A stretch of 64,000 nucleotides of DNA from positions 96,001-160,000 of IMG/VR virus record IMGVR_UViG_3300001533_002283, one strand, 5' to 3'. The translations under genes and the position numbers were made by a program. Position 1 is the stretch's first letter. Each line of letters begins with the position of its first letter. The notes beneath the pieces were generated by a model. The model worked only from the letters and a program-made list of their open reading frames with translations. It was not told the DNA's origin and did no database searches. This DNA comes from a virus. This document shows positions 9,586 to 18,327 of the stretch, piece after piece.

Positions 9586-10848
9586 TTAGAGTTTGTTAAG
9601 TTCGCGCGCCAAGTCAACCGCCATTTTAGGTGTGACCCCAGCATGTAAGCCAATGTAGATTGAGTTTTTGTGTAGATAATCCGCATTAGGATAATCCCTT
9701 GGGTTCCCAAGTCCCTTAAACGCCGTATGATAAAGCAAATTTGAACCAACTAATCCGCGATATCCAACGCCGACTGCTCCTAAATAGCCCTTTACCCGCT
9801 CGATTAAACCCTCATCAGGATAATCTGGGTTTTTCACAATGGGCAGGGCAAGTGGAACAAATTTATGAGATAAAAACCAATAAGAAGATAAATTTAAGAA
9901 TTTTTCCTTTGTCTCATTCAGGTCATAAATGCCACAGCCTTGAGAATCAAGCTCTGAATAAAAAAGATAGCTAATTTTTTGACGATATTTCTCCGACCAC
10001 TCTAAAGAACGATCAAAATCCAGAGAGTGCATATAAGCAATCAAGTTGGTCGTTCTGTAATTAGAGCCCATCACACAAAAATCAAAAGAGGGGTCAACGG
10101 AAAAATTCTTATACTTCTCTGGCATCCCCCGTGTCATCCCATGATTTCTCGCCATTTTTAACCAGTTGTAGGTTTCCTCGTCTTGGACAAAGCATAAGCC
10201 TGATTCCTGCATGCCGCTCGTAAAATGAGATGCATAAACTGATGTAGAAGAAAGAGTTATATTACAAAAATGTTTTTTGTAAAACTTGGTTGATAACCCA
10301 TCTCCATACGACGCCCAAGAAAAGGATGATTCACAATTGTCCAAATAAAGTGTTACACCTCTTTCTTTACAAATTTTTTCAATCTCCTCTAAATTACCAG
10401 ATTGACCAAGTAGAGTTGTGTAAAAAACGGTTTTGATTTCAGGGTCTTTATCTAACGTTTTTTGTATTTGTTCAGCAGAGGGGTTTAAATTACTTAACTC
10501 AACATCAACAAATACAGGTTTGAAAGAAAAATTAACAAAAACTGAGACTGAACTAATCCAATTCACCACATTAAAAAGAACTTTGTTTTCTCCGCATTTC
10601 CATAAACCTTGTTTTTTAAGTTCCTCTTTCCGATATAATGCAATCAATTCGTTCGCCGCGCTACCAGAGCCAACCATTACCACATAGGGACACCCCGTAT
10701 AATCACTCCATTTTTTTTCATACTTTTCGATTTCTGGTCCGACTGTCCACTTATCATTCGTCAGGAGAAATTTACTAATTTTTAGTTTGTCTAGTAGCGT
10801 CATGCTAGAATGACCTAATGGCCAATTAAACTTTTTCTTTTTGCTCAT
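9586..10848 (-). CDS. DegT/DnrJ/EryC1/StrS PLP enzyme, ColD-type 4-keto-6-deoxyhexose 3-dehydratase
   Basis: VMVGSGSAANEL, PVFVD, LDNCES, SVYASHF (His at the usual Schiff-base Lys), RNHGMTR, GSNYR, YIGLH. Confidence 0.8.
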   Translation of the reverse strand: MSKKKKFNWPLGHSSMTLLDKLKISKFLLTNDKWTVGPEIEKYEKKWSDYTGCPYVVMVGSGSAANELIALYRKEELKKQGLWKCGENKVLFNVVNWISSVSVFVNFSFKPVFVDVELSNLNPSAEQIQKTLDKDPEIKTVFYTTLLGQSGNLEEIEKICKERGVTLYLDNCESSFSWASYGDGLSTKFYKKHFCNITLSSTSVYASHFTSGMQESGLCFVQDEETYNWLKMARNHGMTRGMPEKYKNFSVDPSFDFCVMGSNYRTTNLIAYMHSLDFDRSLEWSEKYRQKISYLFYSELDSQGCGIYDLNETKEKFLNLSSYWFLSHKFVPLALPIVKNPDYPDEGLIERVKGYLGAVGVGYRGLVGSNLLYHTAFKGLGNPRDYPNADYLHKNSIYIGLHAGVTPKMAVDLARELNKL

Positions 10849-10853
10849 AAAAA

Positions 10854-11213
10854 TTATTCTTTGTTGTATCCTACCTTAATCTCTGCCGAGCCCCCACCGA
10901 AAAACTCGTCTTGAATTTTCTGTTTTGCTAAAAAGCGATTCCAGTTTAGGCCGTCAACCACAAGGGCGTCAACCCCACCTTTTTTAATCTCATCAACCAT
11001 CCTAAACACATCTAAATTAGCTTGAAGCAATTCTAAATACAAATCAGAACGATATGCGGCTAAAAACTTTTCCCCACCCTGCTCTTTTAAGTGTAAATAG
11101 CACTCGTCAAAAAGCCGTTGAGATTCCTCTGTTTTTGTTTGTAGACTTTTGATGCGCAAGATCGAAAGAAAGTCCAAAGCATAAGACTCTGATACTTTTA
11201 AATTATAGGGCAT
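10854..11213 (-). CDS. Small helical protein often found beside glycosyltransferases (DUF6165/DUF4254-like)
   Basis: VS...LDFLSILRIK...L..ANL.VF...DE...N..RF..KQ.I pattern. Confidence 0.5.
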   Translation of the reverse strand: MPYNLKVSESYALDFLSILRIKSLQTKTEESQRLFDECYLHLKEQGGEKFLAAYRSDLYLELLQANLDVFRMVDEIKKGGVDALVVDGLNWNRFLAKQKIQDEFFGGGSAEIKVGYNKE

Positions 11214-12087
11214 TGACCACCTCCAAGATTTTACCCGCAACGCCAACTGGTGATGTTTTTTCTTTTAGGTTTTTCACGTAATGGTTATAAAGCCGATCTT
11301 TTAAATCTTGATTTTTTGCATTTTTCATCATAAAAGAAATAATCGTTTCCGGCTTATCAACATCATAATCATATTCAGGGAATAGCTCGCTTGGGATTAA
11401 CTCTTCCCTTGTCGTGAGTCGCGGATGAATTAGGGGGATACACCCACAGGCCATTGCTTCTATAGGTATCAACGAAAGTCCCTCCCATTCCCCGAAAGAG
11501 AAAGAAAAAGAAGCGGAGGAATAAAGATAAGAAAGTGTTTCGCTGTCAACTATTCCCAAGCTAATACCAACACCTCCGTATTCCGGACCCACATCAACAA
11601 CAACCTCTGAGTTTAAACCTATAGAAATCAAATCTTGAACGATTCTCGCGTTTTTATTCGGATCGTGCTTCCTCCCCACATTAATACAGAGGAATTTAAA
11701 GCTGCATTTTTCCATTAGCTGGATATTTGAAATTGGCTGATAGATGACGGCAGAATTAATATTGAAAAACTTAACTAATTGTCTTTGAACATGTAGCGAA
11801 ATTGAAGTAACCGCATCCGCATGGGACAATAATTTTTTACAATTATCTAACGAATACCCATTGGGTAGTAAAAACTCTGGTATGTCTAAAATATTCAGAA
11901 TCAACTTTGCATTTGGGCTCCGCGCCTTACATTCAATCGCCGCAGGGTGACTCCCCTCATCATTTGAATAAATAAAATCAGGGTTATTATCCGACTCGGT
12001 TAAGCCTAGCGCAAGAAACCCCGCCTTGATACGCTGAATCTGCCCCGTTTCTCCACCCCAGCCGAAACATTTAAAGGTTTTGATCAT
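11203..12087 (-). CDS. Glycosyltransferase family 4 (GT-B)
   Basis: EGLSLIPIEAMACGC (Ex7E motif), VGR...KN, ADAVTSIS. Confidence 0.85.
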   Translation of the reverse strand: MIKTFKCFGWGGETGQIQRIKAGFLALGLTESDNNPDFIYSNDEGSHPAAIECKARSPNAKLILNILDIPEFLLPNGYSLDNCKKLLSHADAVTSISLHVQRQLVKFFNINSAVIYQPISNIQLMEKCSFKFLCINVGRKHDPNKNARIVQDLISIGLNSEVVVDVGPEYGGVGISLGIVDSETLSYLYSSASFSFSFGEWEGLSLIPIEAMACGCIPLIHPRLTTREELIPSELFPEYDYDVDKPETIISFMMKNAKNQDLKDRLYNHYVKNLKEKTSPVGVAGKILEVVNAL

Positions 12088-12604
12088 CTTGATTTCTAAT
12101 TGGACTGAACTTGTTAAACTGATCATCCATCATAGAGAAGATAAACTGATCATCCGTCATAGAGAAAACGTCCTTTAGTTTTATGGGTGTAGGTAAATCA
12201 CCCGTAATTCTATCTGGCCCTTTGATTGTAATTTTCTTTTTAACTTGAAATGGGACACGAAAAAAGAAAAAGTTTAGATATTTGGTTTTGTAAATAACTT
12301 CTTCCCGCTCAAAAATAAAAGAAGCCGATATTTTTTCATCCCACGAAAAAACTCCATTAGAGTAAGAAATTCCGTAATTAGCTATAGTGACTTTAATATC
12401 ATCGGGAATCTGTGCCCATATTAAACGCGGCATTGACACGCTGTATTTACCCTTGATATAAGCCCCTTTAATTGCCTCAAATATAAATCCAAAATCTTTC
12501 ATTTCAGTCCGACCGACCCTAGTAACATACCATCCGTGCGGCCACTCGTTGGTAATTATCTTTTGTTTTTTACCTTTAAAAAGATTTTTTATTAGTTTTT
12601 TCAT
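12071..12604 (-). CDS. Hypothetical protein
   Basis: 177-aa ORF packed within the operon. Confidence 0.6.
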   Translation of the reverse strand: MKKLIKNLFKGKKQKIITNEWPHGWYVTRVGRTEMKDFGFIFEAIKGAYIKGKYSVSMPRLIWAQIPDDIKVTIANYGISYSNGVFSWDEKISASFIFEREEVIYKTKYLNFFFFRVPFQVKKKITIKGPDRITGDLPTPIKLKDVFSMTDDQFIFSMMDDQFNKFSPIRNQDDQNL

Positions 12605-12605
12605 A

Positions 12606-13418
12606 TTATTTTATAATTAAATTATGCTTAAACATTTCCCGTTTTTCTAACTTACTTAACTCTGTCGCCACCTCAACCTCACGCCCCGCCTCCGCGCCCC
12701 ATTGTTTCCGCCAAAAATTCCGATTGATTTCGACTCTCCGCTCAAGATCAATCCATCCGTAGTGAACTACATAGGGTAAGTTTTGTTCGCGGAGAAAATT
12801 CGCAGCGGTTTCCTTAGTGGAAAAACTTGGTTCGTCAAAGTAGAGAAACGCGGGGACTAAATCCCCATAGGTGTTAAGAAGTTCGCAAGAGTCTGATTTG
12901 TTGGTGTCATGCGTCCCGTCCGCGTTCTTGGAGAAGTTAACCACTCCCCGCTTTAGCCCGCGCTTGTGCAAATACCACTTGGAGGTAAACGATGAAAAAT
13001 GTTCTTTGTCACTGTATAGATTTACCGAAGGGATAAACGCAGCTTGAAAAATATCACTCTCTAAAACAATCTCAGAAAGTTTATCCCAATATTCCAAATT
13101 ATGCAACGACATCTTTTCATCAAAGTCCAGTTGCAACAAAATGTCACCCCCGCACGCCTGTAATGCGGCGTTTTTCAAATCACCGTCAAAGGTGGGAGTA
13201 AATTGTTTTAACTCTGTCTTAATTACCCGCAATTTTGGATAATCCTTGGCTTTACCCAATAAATACTCGTAAGTCCTATCTGCATCCTCAATCGTCGCCA
13301 CTACCACCTCATCCGCCCAGACGGAAAAATTATCTAGGTGTTCATCAATATTGAACTTATTAGTTTTATAATTAAAAAGTGTGGTATAAATAGACTTCTT
13401 AAAAGTGGGAATTGACAT
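12606..13418 (-). CDS. Glycosyltransferase, GT-A fold (GT2-like)
   Basis: ADEVVVA...DRTYE...KNAALQACGGDILLQLDFDE...VVHYGW. Confidence 0.85.
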   Translation of the reverse strand: MSIPTFKKSIYTTLFNYKTNKFNIDEHLDNFSVWADEVVVATIEDADRTYEYLLGKAKDYPKLRVIKTELKQFTPTFDGDLKNAALQACGGDILLQLDFDEKMSLHNLEYWDKLSEIVLESDIFQAAFIPSVNLYSDKEHFSSFTSKWYLHKRGLKRGVVNFSKNADGTHDTNKSDSCELLNTYGDLVPAFLYFDEPSFSTKETAANFLREQNLPYVVHYGWIDLERRVEINRNFWRKQWGAEAGREVEVATELSKLEKREMFKHNLIIK

Positions 13419-13452
13419 GATTGGTTAGTATTAACCTTTTTAATGAAACCCG

Positions 13453-13974
13453 TCAAGAGAAATCTTTACGGGGCAATTCTTCCTCGCTAACAATTTTTAG
13501 TTCAAAATGATTATTGGTAACTACATCACCAGAGTATAATAAATAACCGTCTTTAATTTCGTGAATTTTATACCCATTGGTTTTAACTTTGTATGCGACG
13601 AACTCATTCATTTTATAGGTAAAAACCGATTCATACCTACAAAGTTCCACGTTAAGAATGAAATCCCTTAGTTTGTGGGGGTCTAATCTCTTATTACCAC
13701 CTACCAAAACAATCAAATCACATTGAGAATGAATTGCAGAGTCGATGGCCATTTGTTCTGGTTCGTAAGGATTAGAAGAATAAAAAACTTGATCTAGCCG
13801 GTAATCCATAAAATATTTTTCCGCCTCTTCGTCTTCTTTTTCCGTATGTGTTACTCCAATTATAACATACTTAAAGTTTAACAAATTATGTCGGCGAAAA
13901 AGTCTCAATTCGGCGCAATTTTTACGATAAAATTCCCCAAGGGGAGAATCAATGATAAAACAAATTTTTTTCAT
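13453..13974 (-). CDS. Hypothetical protein
   Basis: 173-aa ORF. Confidence 0.6.
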   Translation of the reverse strand: MKKICFIIDSPLGEFYRKNCAELRLFRRHNLLNFKYVIIGVTHTEKEDEEAEKYFMDYRLDQVFYSSNPYEPEQMAIDSAIHSQCDLIVLVGGNKRLDPHKLRDFILNVELCRYESVFTYKMNEFVAYKVKTNGYKIHEIKDGYLLYSGDVVTNNHFELKIVSEEELPRKDFS

Positions 13975-13978
13975 AATG

Positions 13979-14206
13979 TTATTTTAGGCCGCGTAGTTTT
14001 TTGAAGTCAGATATTCCTTCTAGTAGGGTTTCGTCCTCAACATGATACTTATCTTTCTTCGCGTAATCCCGTTCAAAAAGAGAGATAACTTGATAAAACC
14101 TCATATCAGGATATTTCTGCCAGACCGATTCAATCTGACCTAAAACCTCCTTGATTCGGGCCGGGTCGCGGGGCGGGGCGTTGAATAGTTTTCCGGTAAA
14201 GGGCAT
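13979..14206 (-). CDS. DUF1040/YihD-like small protein
   Basis: RDPARI..VL..I..VW.KYPDMRF.Q...EDE.L. Confidence 0.65.
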   Translation of the reverse strand: MPFTGKLFNAPPRDPARIKEVLGQIESVWQKYPDMRFYQVISLFERDYAKKDKYHVEDETLLEGISDFKKLRGLK

Positions 14207-14211
14207 GAGTG

Positions 14212-14397
14212 TTATAATTTATTTTCCTTTTCTAATTCTTCCGCGAGTAAACCGTTGACTTTTTCTTGGGATGGTTCATCCAAGTCTGATATAAGCATGT
14301 GAGTTTTTCTATCCTCCCAAACGACCCACACCACGCCCTTATTGCGAGATAATCCCTCAAATTTAATTTTGCTTCCACTTGTCGTTCTTAAGTCCAT
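14212..14397 (-). CDS. Hypothetical protein
   Basis: 61-aa ORF, the first gene of the leftward unit. Confidence 0.55.
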   Translation of the reverse strand: MDLRTTSGSKIKFEGLSRNKGVVWVVWEDRKTHMLISDLDEPSQEKVNGLLAEELEKENKL

Positions 14398-14427
14398 TGC
14401 GGAAGATAGTCACTATTTTAACTCGCC

Positions 14428-14472
14428 TCGTCAAGAAAAAACTTGACTTTTTGCCCTAAAAGTTTAAAGATT
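14428..14472. promoter_or_regulatory. Divergent sigma70-like -35 elements
   Basis: tcgtcaagaaaaaacttgact carries TTGACG on the minus strand and TTGACT on the plus strand, back to back, at the strand-switch point. Confidence 0.55.
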
Positions 14473-14477
14473 CCTTT

Positions 14478-14582
14478 TGTTAGCCGAGATTTCATATAAA
14501 ATTCCCTATTAGCCCACCTGTCTCGGCATCCTAAAAACATTGAAAATCTCCCTTGGTTGACTCCTCGGGAGATTTTCTTTTG
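14478..14582 (+). ncRNA. Candidate structured small RNA or leader (about 105 nt)
   Basis: GCCGAGA (14483-89) pairs with TCTCGGC (14521-27). An 11-bp perfect stem GAAAATCTCCC/GGGAGATTTTC (14542-77) with a T-tract follows. TTGACT lies upstream. Confidence 0.4.
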
Positions 14583-14748
14583 CCTAATTCAGTCCAACTT
14601 GAAGCCCTTTTTTGACGCAAAAATCCAACAAAACCTTGACATTCGGCCCAAATTCCAAAATACCTTACCTATGAAGATCGGAAAATTACATTACTTAGTA
14701 GGTGGTTATACCGGAAGGTATGGTGGTTGTATTTAGTATGTATTTAGT

Positions 14749-16044
14749 ATGCATGTTTCTAAGTATAGTCTTTATCAGCTTAGGGGTTCTTCTATTCCTA
14801 ATCTGTCTTACTCTTCTGACCTTTCTTTCTTTAAGAGGTCTATTTGTGTTTATTGTTTTATATCGGAATCTAATCTTATTCGCATAACCGAATTTAATTG
14901 TTCTGATTTGGTAAAAATTAAATGCTTGGGTCTTTTAATGGAATTAAAGAAAAGGTCTCAGATTTACAGGGGAAATGCCGATGCGTTAAACCGGAACGAG
15001 GGTTGGGTTACTCTGAACTCGCAAATTCTTATTGAAAATTATGGATCGAGAGATTATCCGGCGGCTATTCGGGTGTTGCTTGAACTTGGTCTAATTGAGG
15101 AAGATATTAGGTATAAAATCAGAAAAAGAAGTGAGGGAATAGAGGGTTTTTCAAAATCCTACCGCCTAACGGAAAAGGCAAAAGAGGGCCGCGCCGCTTT
15201 TTATGTAAAATACACGGGGAAAATCACCGATTACTTGAATGGCCAGAAAAAGAAAAAGGGCGGCTCAGAGGATAAAAATCTTCTAGTTGATGTTTTGATG
15301 GAAAATTTACGCTCCGTTTCTCTTTGTGATACCCCCGCAAACATTACCGAAAAATATCCTTCAATAAAAACTCACGAAAGCGCCTGTTCGTTTGATACCC
15401 TTTGCGATATTCAAAACAAAGAGTTTTACATGATTGAATGCAAGAAAAGCGGGCGGCGATTCCACAACCTGTTAGGAGTGTCCAGAAATTCGCGCAGGGC
15501 GATACTTATAGATGGTGAAAAATGCGCCGAAGTTGACTACTCGGCATGTCACCCTTGGTTATGCTATAGTTTTTACGAAAAAACCGATTCTGATGAAAAA
15601 AAGGAATATCTGGCGGCTTTGAATTATGGGTTTTATAAATATATCGGGGATGGAATCTGCGCCGACATTTCAAACGATCAAAAATACCAAGATTTCAAAA
15701 TTTCTTGTATCGCGCAAATTTTTTACGATTGCCCGAGAGAAGAAGATGGGTTAAAGTTAAGATTTTTCAAATCGCGTTTTCCGAATTTGTATCACGTTAT
15801 TCAGTCAGAGAAACACAAGAGCAATAGTGATTTTGCATATAAGTTGCAAAAGATGGAGGCAAATGTTATGTTTGATGGCGCATTTTTCGGGCTTTTTAAG
15901 GAAAATATCAAAGCGGTTCCGATTCATGATGGGTTGATCTGTAAAAAAACAGATGCAGAGAGAGTTAAGTCTATCATGGAGAAAGAATTTTTCGCCATTT
16001 ATCAATATTTCCCAAAGGTAGGAATAAAGGACTTGACATACTAG
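14749..16044 (+). CDS. wHTH plus family-A-polymerase-like domain protein (TV-Pol-like; putative primase or replication initiator)
   Basis: GRRFHNL...R..I.IDGE...EVDYSACHP (motif A), K...Y (motif B region), LQKMEA, PIHDG (motif C); N-terminal wHTH-like LLELGLIE...SKSYRLT. Confidence 0.6.
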   Translation: MHVSKYSLYQLRGSSIPNLSYSSDLSFFKRSICVYCFISESNLIRITEFNCSDLVKIKCLGLLMELKKRSQIYRGNADALNRNEGWVTLNSQILIENYGSRDYPAAIRVLLELGLIEEDIRYKIRKRSEGIEGFSKSYRLTEKAKEGRAAFYVKYTGKITDYLNGQKKKKGGSEDKNLLVDVLMENLRSVSLCDTPANITEKYPSIKTHESACSFDTLCDIQNKEFYMIECKKSGRRFHNLLGVSRNSRRAILIDGEKCAEVDYSACHPWLCYSFYEKTDSDEKKEYLAALNYGFYKYIGDGICADISNDQKYQDFKISCIAQIFYDCPREEDGLKLRFFKSRFPNLYHVIQSEKHKSNSDFAYKLQKMEANVMFDGAFFGLFKENIKAVPIHDGLICKKTDAERVKSIMEKEFFAIYQYFPKVGIKDLTY

Positions 16045-16070
16045 TGTTAATTGGCAAGCATACTCTCACA

Positions 16071-16505
16071 ATGAGTTTCCAGACATATTCAATCCCAACC
16101 AAAATCGGAAGCATTGAGTTCTATCCGATTGGGTTCTTTTGGGAGAATAAAGAGGCGGCAAGCAGGCTTTCCATTTGCTCTTATTTTAGGGACGGTTCAA
16201 TTCGTCAACCAAAACCAAAAGATGATCCTGATGATTTTTTCCGCGCAGAGGCTCAATTGTATATTGATAATGTTATAAAAACACTAAAGCGTGAAAAAAG
16301 AGTCATTTACGTTAGTTTGATTGACTCAAAGTTTGTCGCGTTTTTTGATGAAACTCTTGGCAATCCAGACTCATTTATCAACGGAATTGGCCGTTTTATC
16401 TCTACAGGCGATATTCGCAAGTTTTGTTGTAACAATGATTTTGCCGAGTATTGTAAGATTTTGCGGCGGGAGAATGGGATCGAGATAGATTTTAAAAAAG
16501 AATAA
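16071..16505 (+). CDS. Hypothetical protein
   Basis: ORF; likely start at MSFQTY, downstream of TTGACA near 16034. Confidence 0.55.
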   Translation: MSFQTYSIPTKIGSIEFYPIGFFWENKEAASRLSICSYFRDGSIRQPKPKDDPDDFFRAEAQLYIDNVIKTLKREKRVIYVSLIDSKFVAFFDETLGNPDSFINGIGRFISTGDIRKFCCNNDFAEYCKILRRENGIEIDFKKE

Positions 16506-16506
16506 T

Positions 16507-16908
16507 ATGAAAGATACAAAAGAGAGTTCTTCTATTTTTTACGTGCCAAGTATTAAGTTTGGGTATTTTTATGTCTGCCCTTTGCGGGAAGAATCCTTCA
16601 ACCTTGAAGACTCGGTAGAATGCCTCTTAACACCAGACATTGAGCGCATTTTGTCGCCCGCTGATTCACGGAAAACCATTGCACGAATTTTAGTAGCGAA
16701 TATCATCAAGCATGCGAGAACAGTAATTAAGGACAAGAAGTTCTATATTCACTCTTATTTTAACAAAAATTTTGTATTTTATTCCGTTGGGGAAGTAGCT
16801 TCCGAAGCTCAGGCAACAAAACTTGTTAAAGAAATTGATTCCCACCCTTCAACTTTCCCCGCAAACGAGCTGTTTTTTGAGAAAATTAAAAAATTTTCTA
16901 GTGAATAA
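16507..16908 (+). CDS. Hypothetical protein
   Basis: 133-aa ORF abutting the previous gene. Confidence 0.55.
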   Translation: MKDTKESSSIFYVPSIKFGYFYVCPLREESFNLEDSVECLLTPDIERILSPADSRKTIARILVANIIKHARTVIKDKKFYIHSYFNKNFVFYSVGEVASEAQATKLVKEIDSHPSTFPANELFFEKIKKFSSE

Positions 16909-16913
16909 TTCCC

Positions 16914-17174
16914 ATGCCTCCCGAACTCCAATTAGCCTTCACACTTTTCTTCCTCTTCTGGTTATTGAACCATAGTTTGATTCTCGCAAGTTTTAAGGAA
17001 AAACTTTTTGGTGTTTTACCGGAGAAAGTGAAATATGCTTTAGAGTGCCCAATTTGTATCTCATTTTGGATTTTGCTACCCATCAACTACTTACAAAACA
17101 ACCCGCTCCACTACCAACTAAGCATCCCCGCGATTGTCATGTTCCTTGAGTTGATTCGGGCAAAATTAGCTTAA
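16914..17174 (+). CDS. Small membrane protein with CxxC (DUF1360-like)
   Basis: Hydrophobic segments and LECPICISFWI. Confidence 0.55.
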   Translation: MPPELQLAFTLFFLFWLLNHSLILASFKEKLFGVLPEKVKYALECPICISFWILLPINYLQNNPLHYQLSIPAIVMFLELIRAKLA

Positions 17175-17180
17175 CCCCTT

Positions 17181-17705
17181 ATGAGCAACACGATGTTTGA
17201 CAAAGTGAAAATCGAAGGAAAACCCTACACGAAAGGCGATTGGCGAAAATATGCAGTTCACACGGACACCGAAATAAAAGGTTTCTTTGGCGATTATCGT
17301 TTTCTTTCAAATATGTGGCCGGTTAACGTCTATGGTTTTCCCTCGGTCGAGAACGCATACATGGCCGCGAAAATTGTTAAAGAGGAAAGGGATTATTTCA
17401 AGACTTGTTCGCCCTATGAAGCAAAGAAAAATTGGCGGAAGTTTAAACTGATTGATTCCACCCCTGCCGATTGGGATAATAGAAAGTTTGACGTAATGAG
17501 CAGGTTAGTTTTTGAAAAGTTTTTAGTCGATAAGGCGTTACGGGCAAAATTGCTTGAAACAGAGGATAAATACTTGGAGGAAAAAAATTTTTGGAACGAC
17601 TCCTACTGGGGGTGCGACATTAAAAGGGGCGGATTTAACCACTTGGGGGAAATCCTCATGGGTGTTCGCGCGTTTTGGCAAACTCAAACCGATATAAAAC
17701 TATGA
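17181..17705 (+). CDS. NADAR (YbiA-like) family hydrolase
   Basis: FLSNMW, FPSVENAYMAAK, W...K..VM...KF, LLET, E.N.WND.YWG, G.N.LG.ILM.VR. Confidence 0.88.
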   Translation: MSNTMFDKVKIEGKPYTKGDWRKYAVHTDTEIKGFFGDYRFLSNMWPVNVYGFPSVENAYMAAKIVKEERDYFKTCSPYEAKKNWRKFKLIDSTPADWDNRKFDVMSRLVFEKFLVDKALRAKLLETEDKYLEEKNFWNDSYWGCDIKRGGFNHLGEILMGVRAFWQTQTDIKL

Positions 17706-18307
17706 CCAATATTTCCACCTCCTCCCTCTCCTCCCTCTCCGACCTAGACTTAATCCAAGAGGTCAAAATCAACAACAATTCCACCGCAATTTCCATCCTG
17801 ACCGACCGCCACAGTGGAGTTTACCACACGATTGCTAATCAATATAAGTTTAACCCCTATGTATGTTATCCCGATGTGATAAAAAATAAGGATTTTGTGG
17901 TATGGCAAGCAGCGATAAAATACGATGCGGGGAAAGGTAGTTTTGCCAATCTCGTTGCCAACATGGCGCGTTATGAGTGTTACTCCATGATTAACGAGAG
18001 TAAAAAATATCGGGTGAACCAACGGGCGGGACTAGAAGACGCGGCGGAACTACCCCAAGAGAATGACAAAGGTGAACTCACCCATATGGTTAGCTACATC
18101 GAGGAGATTTTACCAGACGACCCGAAAACAAAAAAGATTATCATGGACCGTTTTGTTAATGGCGGGGCAAAACCGACCCCTTGGCGCGAAGTGGCGAAGA
18201 AGAACGGGATGAGCCATTGGGGGTGCGTGTTGCGGGCGCGGGATGCAATTAAGGAGATTCAGGGAAAGATGCGAAGTGAATTTAGAGATTTGCCAAAAAT
18301 TGATTAG
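17702..18307 (+). CDS. Phage sigma-70-family sigma factor
   Basis: Region 2 VWQAAIKYDAGKGSFANLV...ARY; region 4 IIMDRF...PWREVAKKNGMS. Confidence 0.78.
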   Translation: MTNISTSSLSSLSDLDLIQEVKINNNSTAISILTDRHSGVYHTIANQYKFNPYVCYPDVIKNKDFVVWQAAIKYDAGKGSFANLVANMARYECYSMINESKKYRVNQRAGLEDAAELPQENDKGELTHMVSYIEEILPDDPKTKKIIMDRFVNGGAKPTPWREVAKKNGMSHWGCVLRARDAIKEIQGKMRSEFRDLPKID

Positions 18308-18327
18308 TTTGAAAGTATATTTTCACA

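Noticed and set aside
4260-13418. Bacterial O-antigen/LPS locus (host contamination)
   Set aside because: The genes are interspersed with YopX and a GIY-YIG endonuclease, share the phage start motif, and there is no flippase, polymerase or priming transferase.
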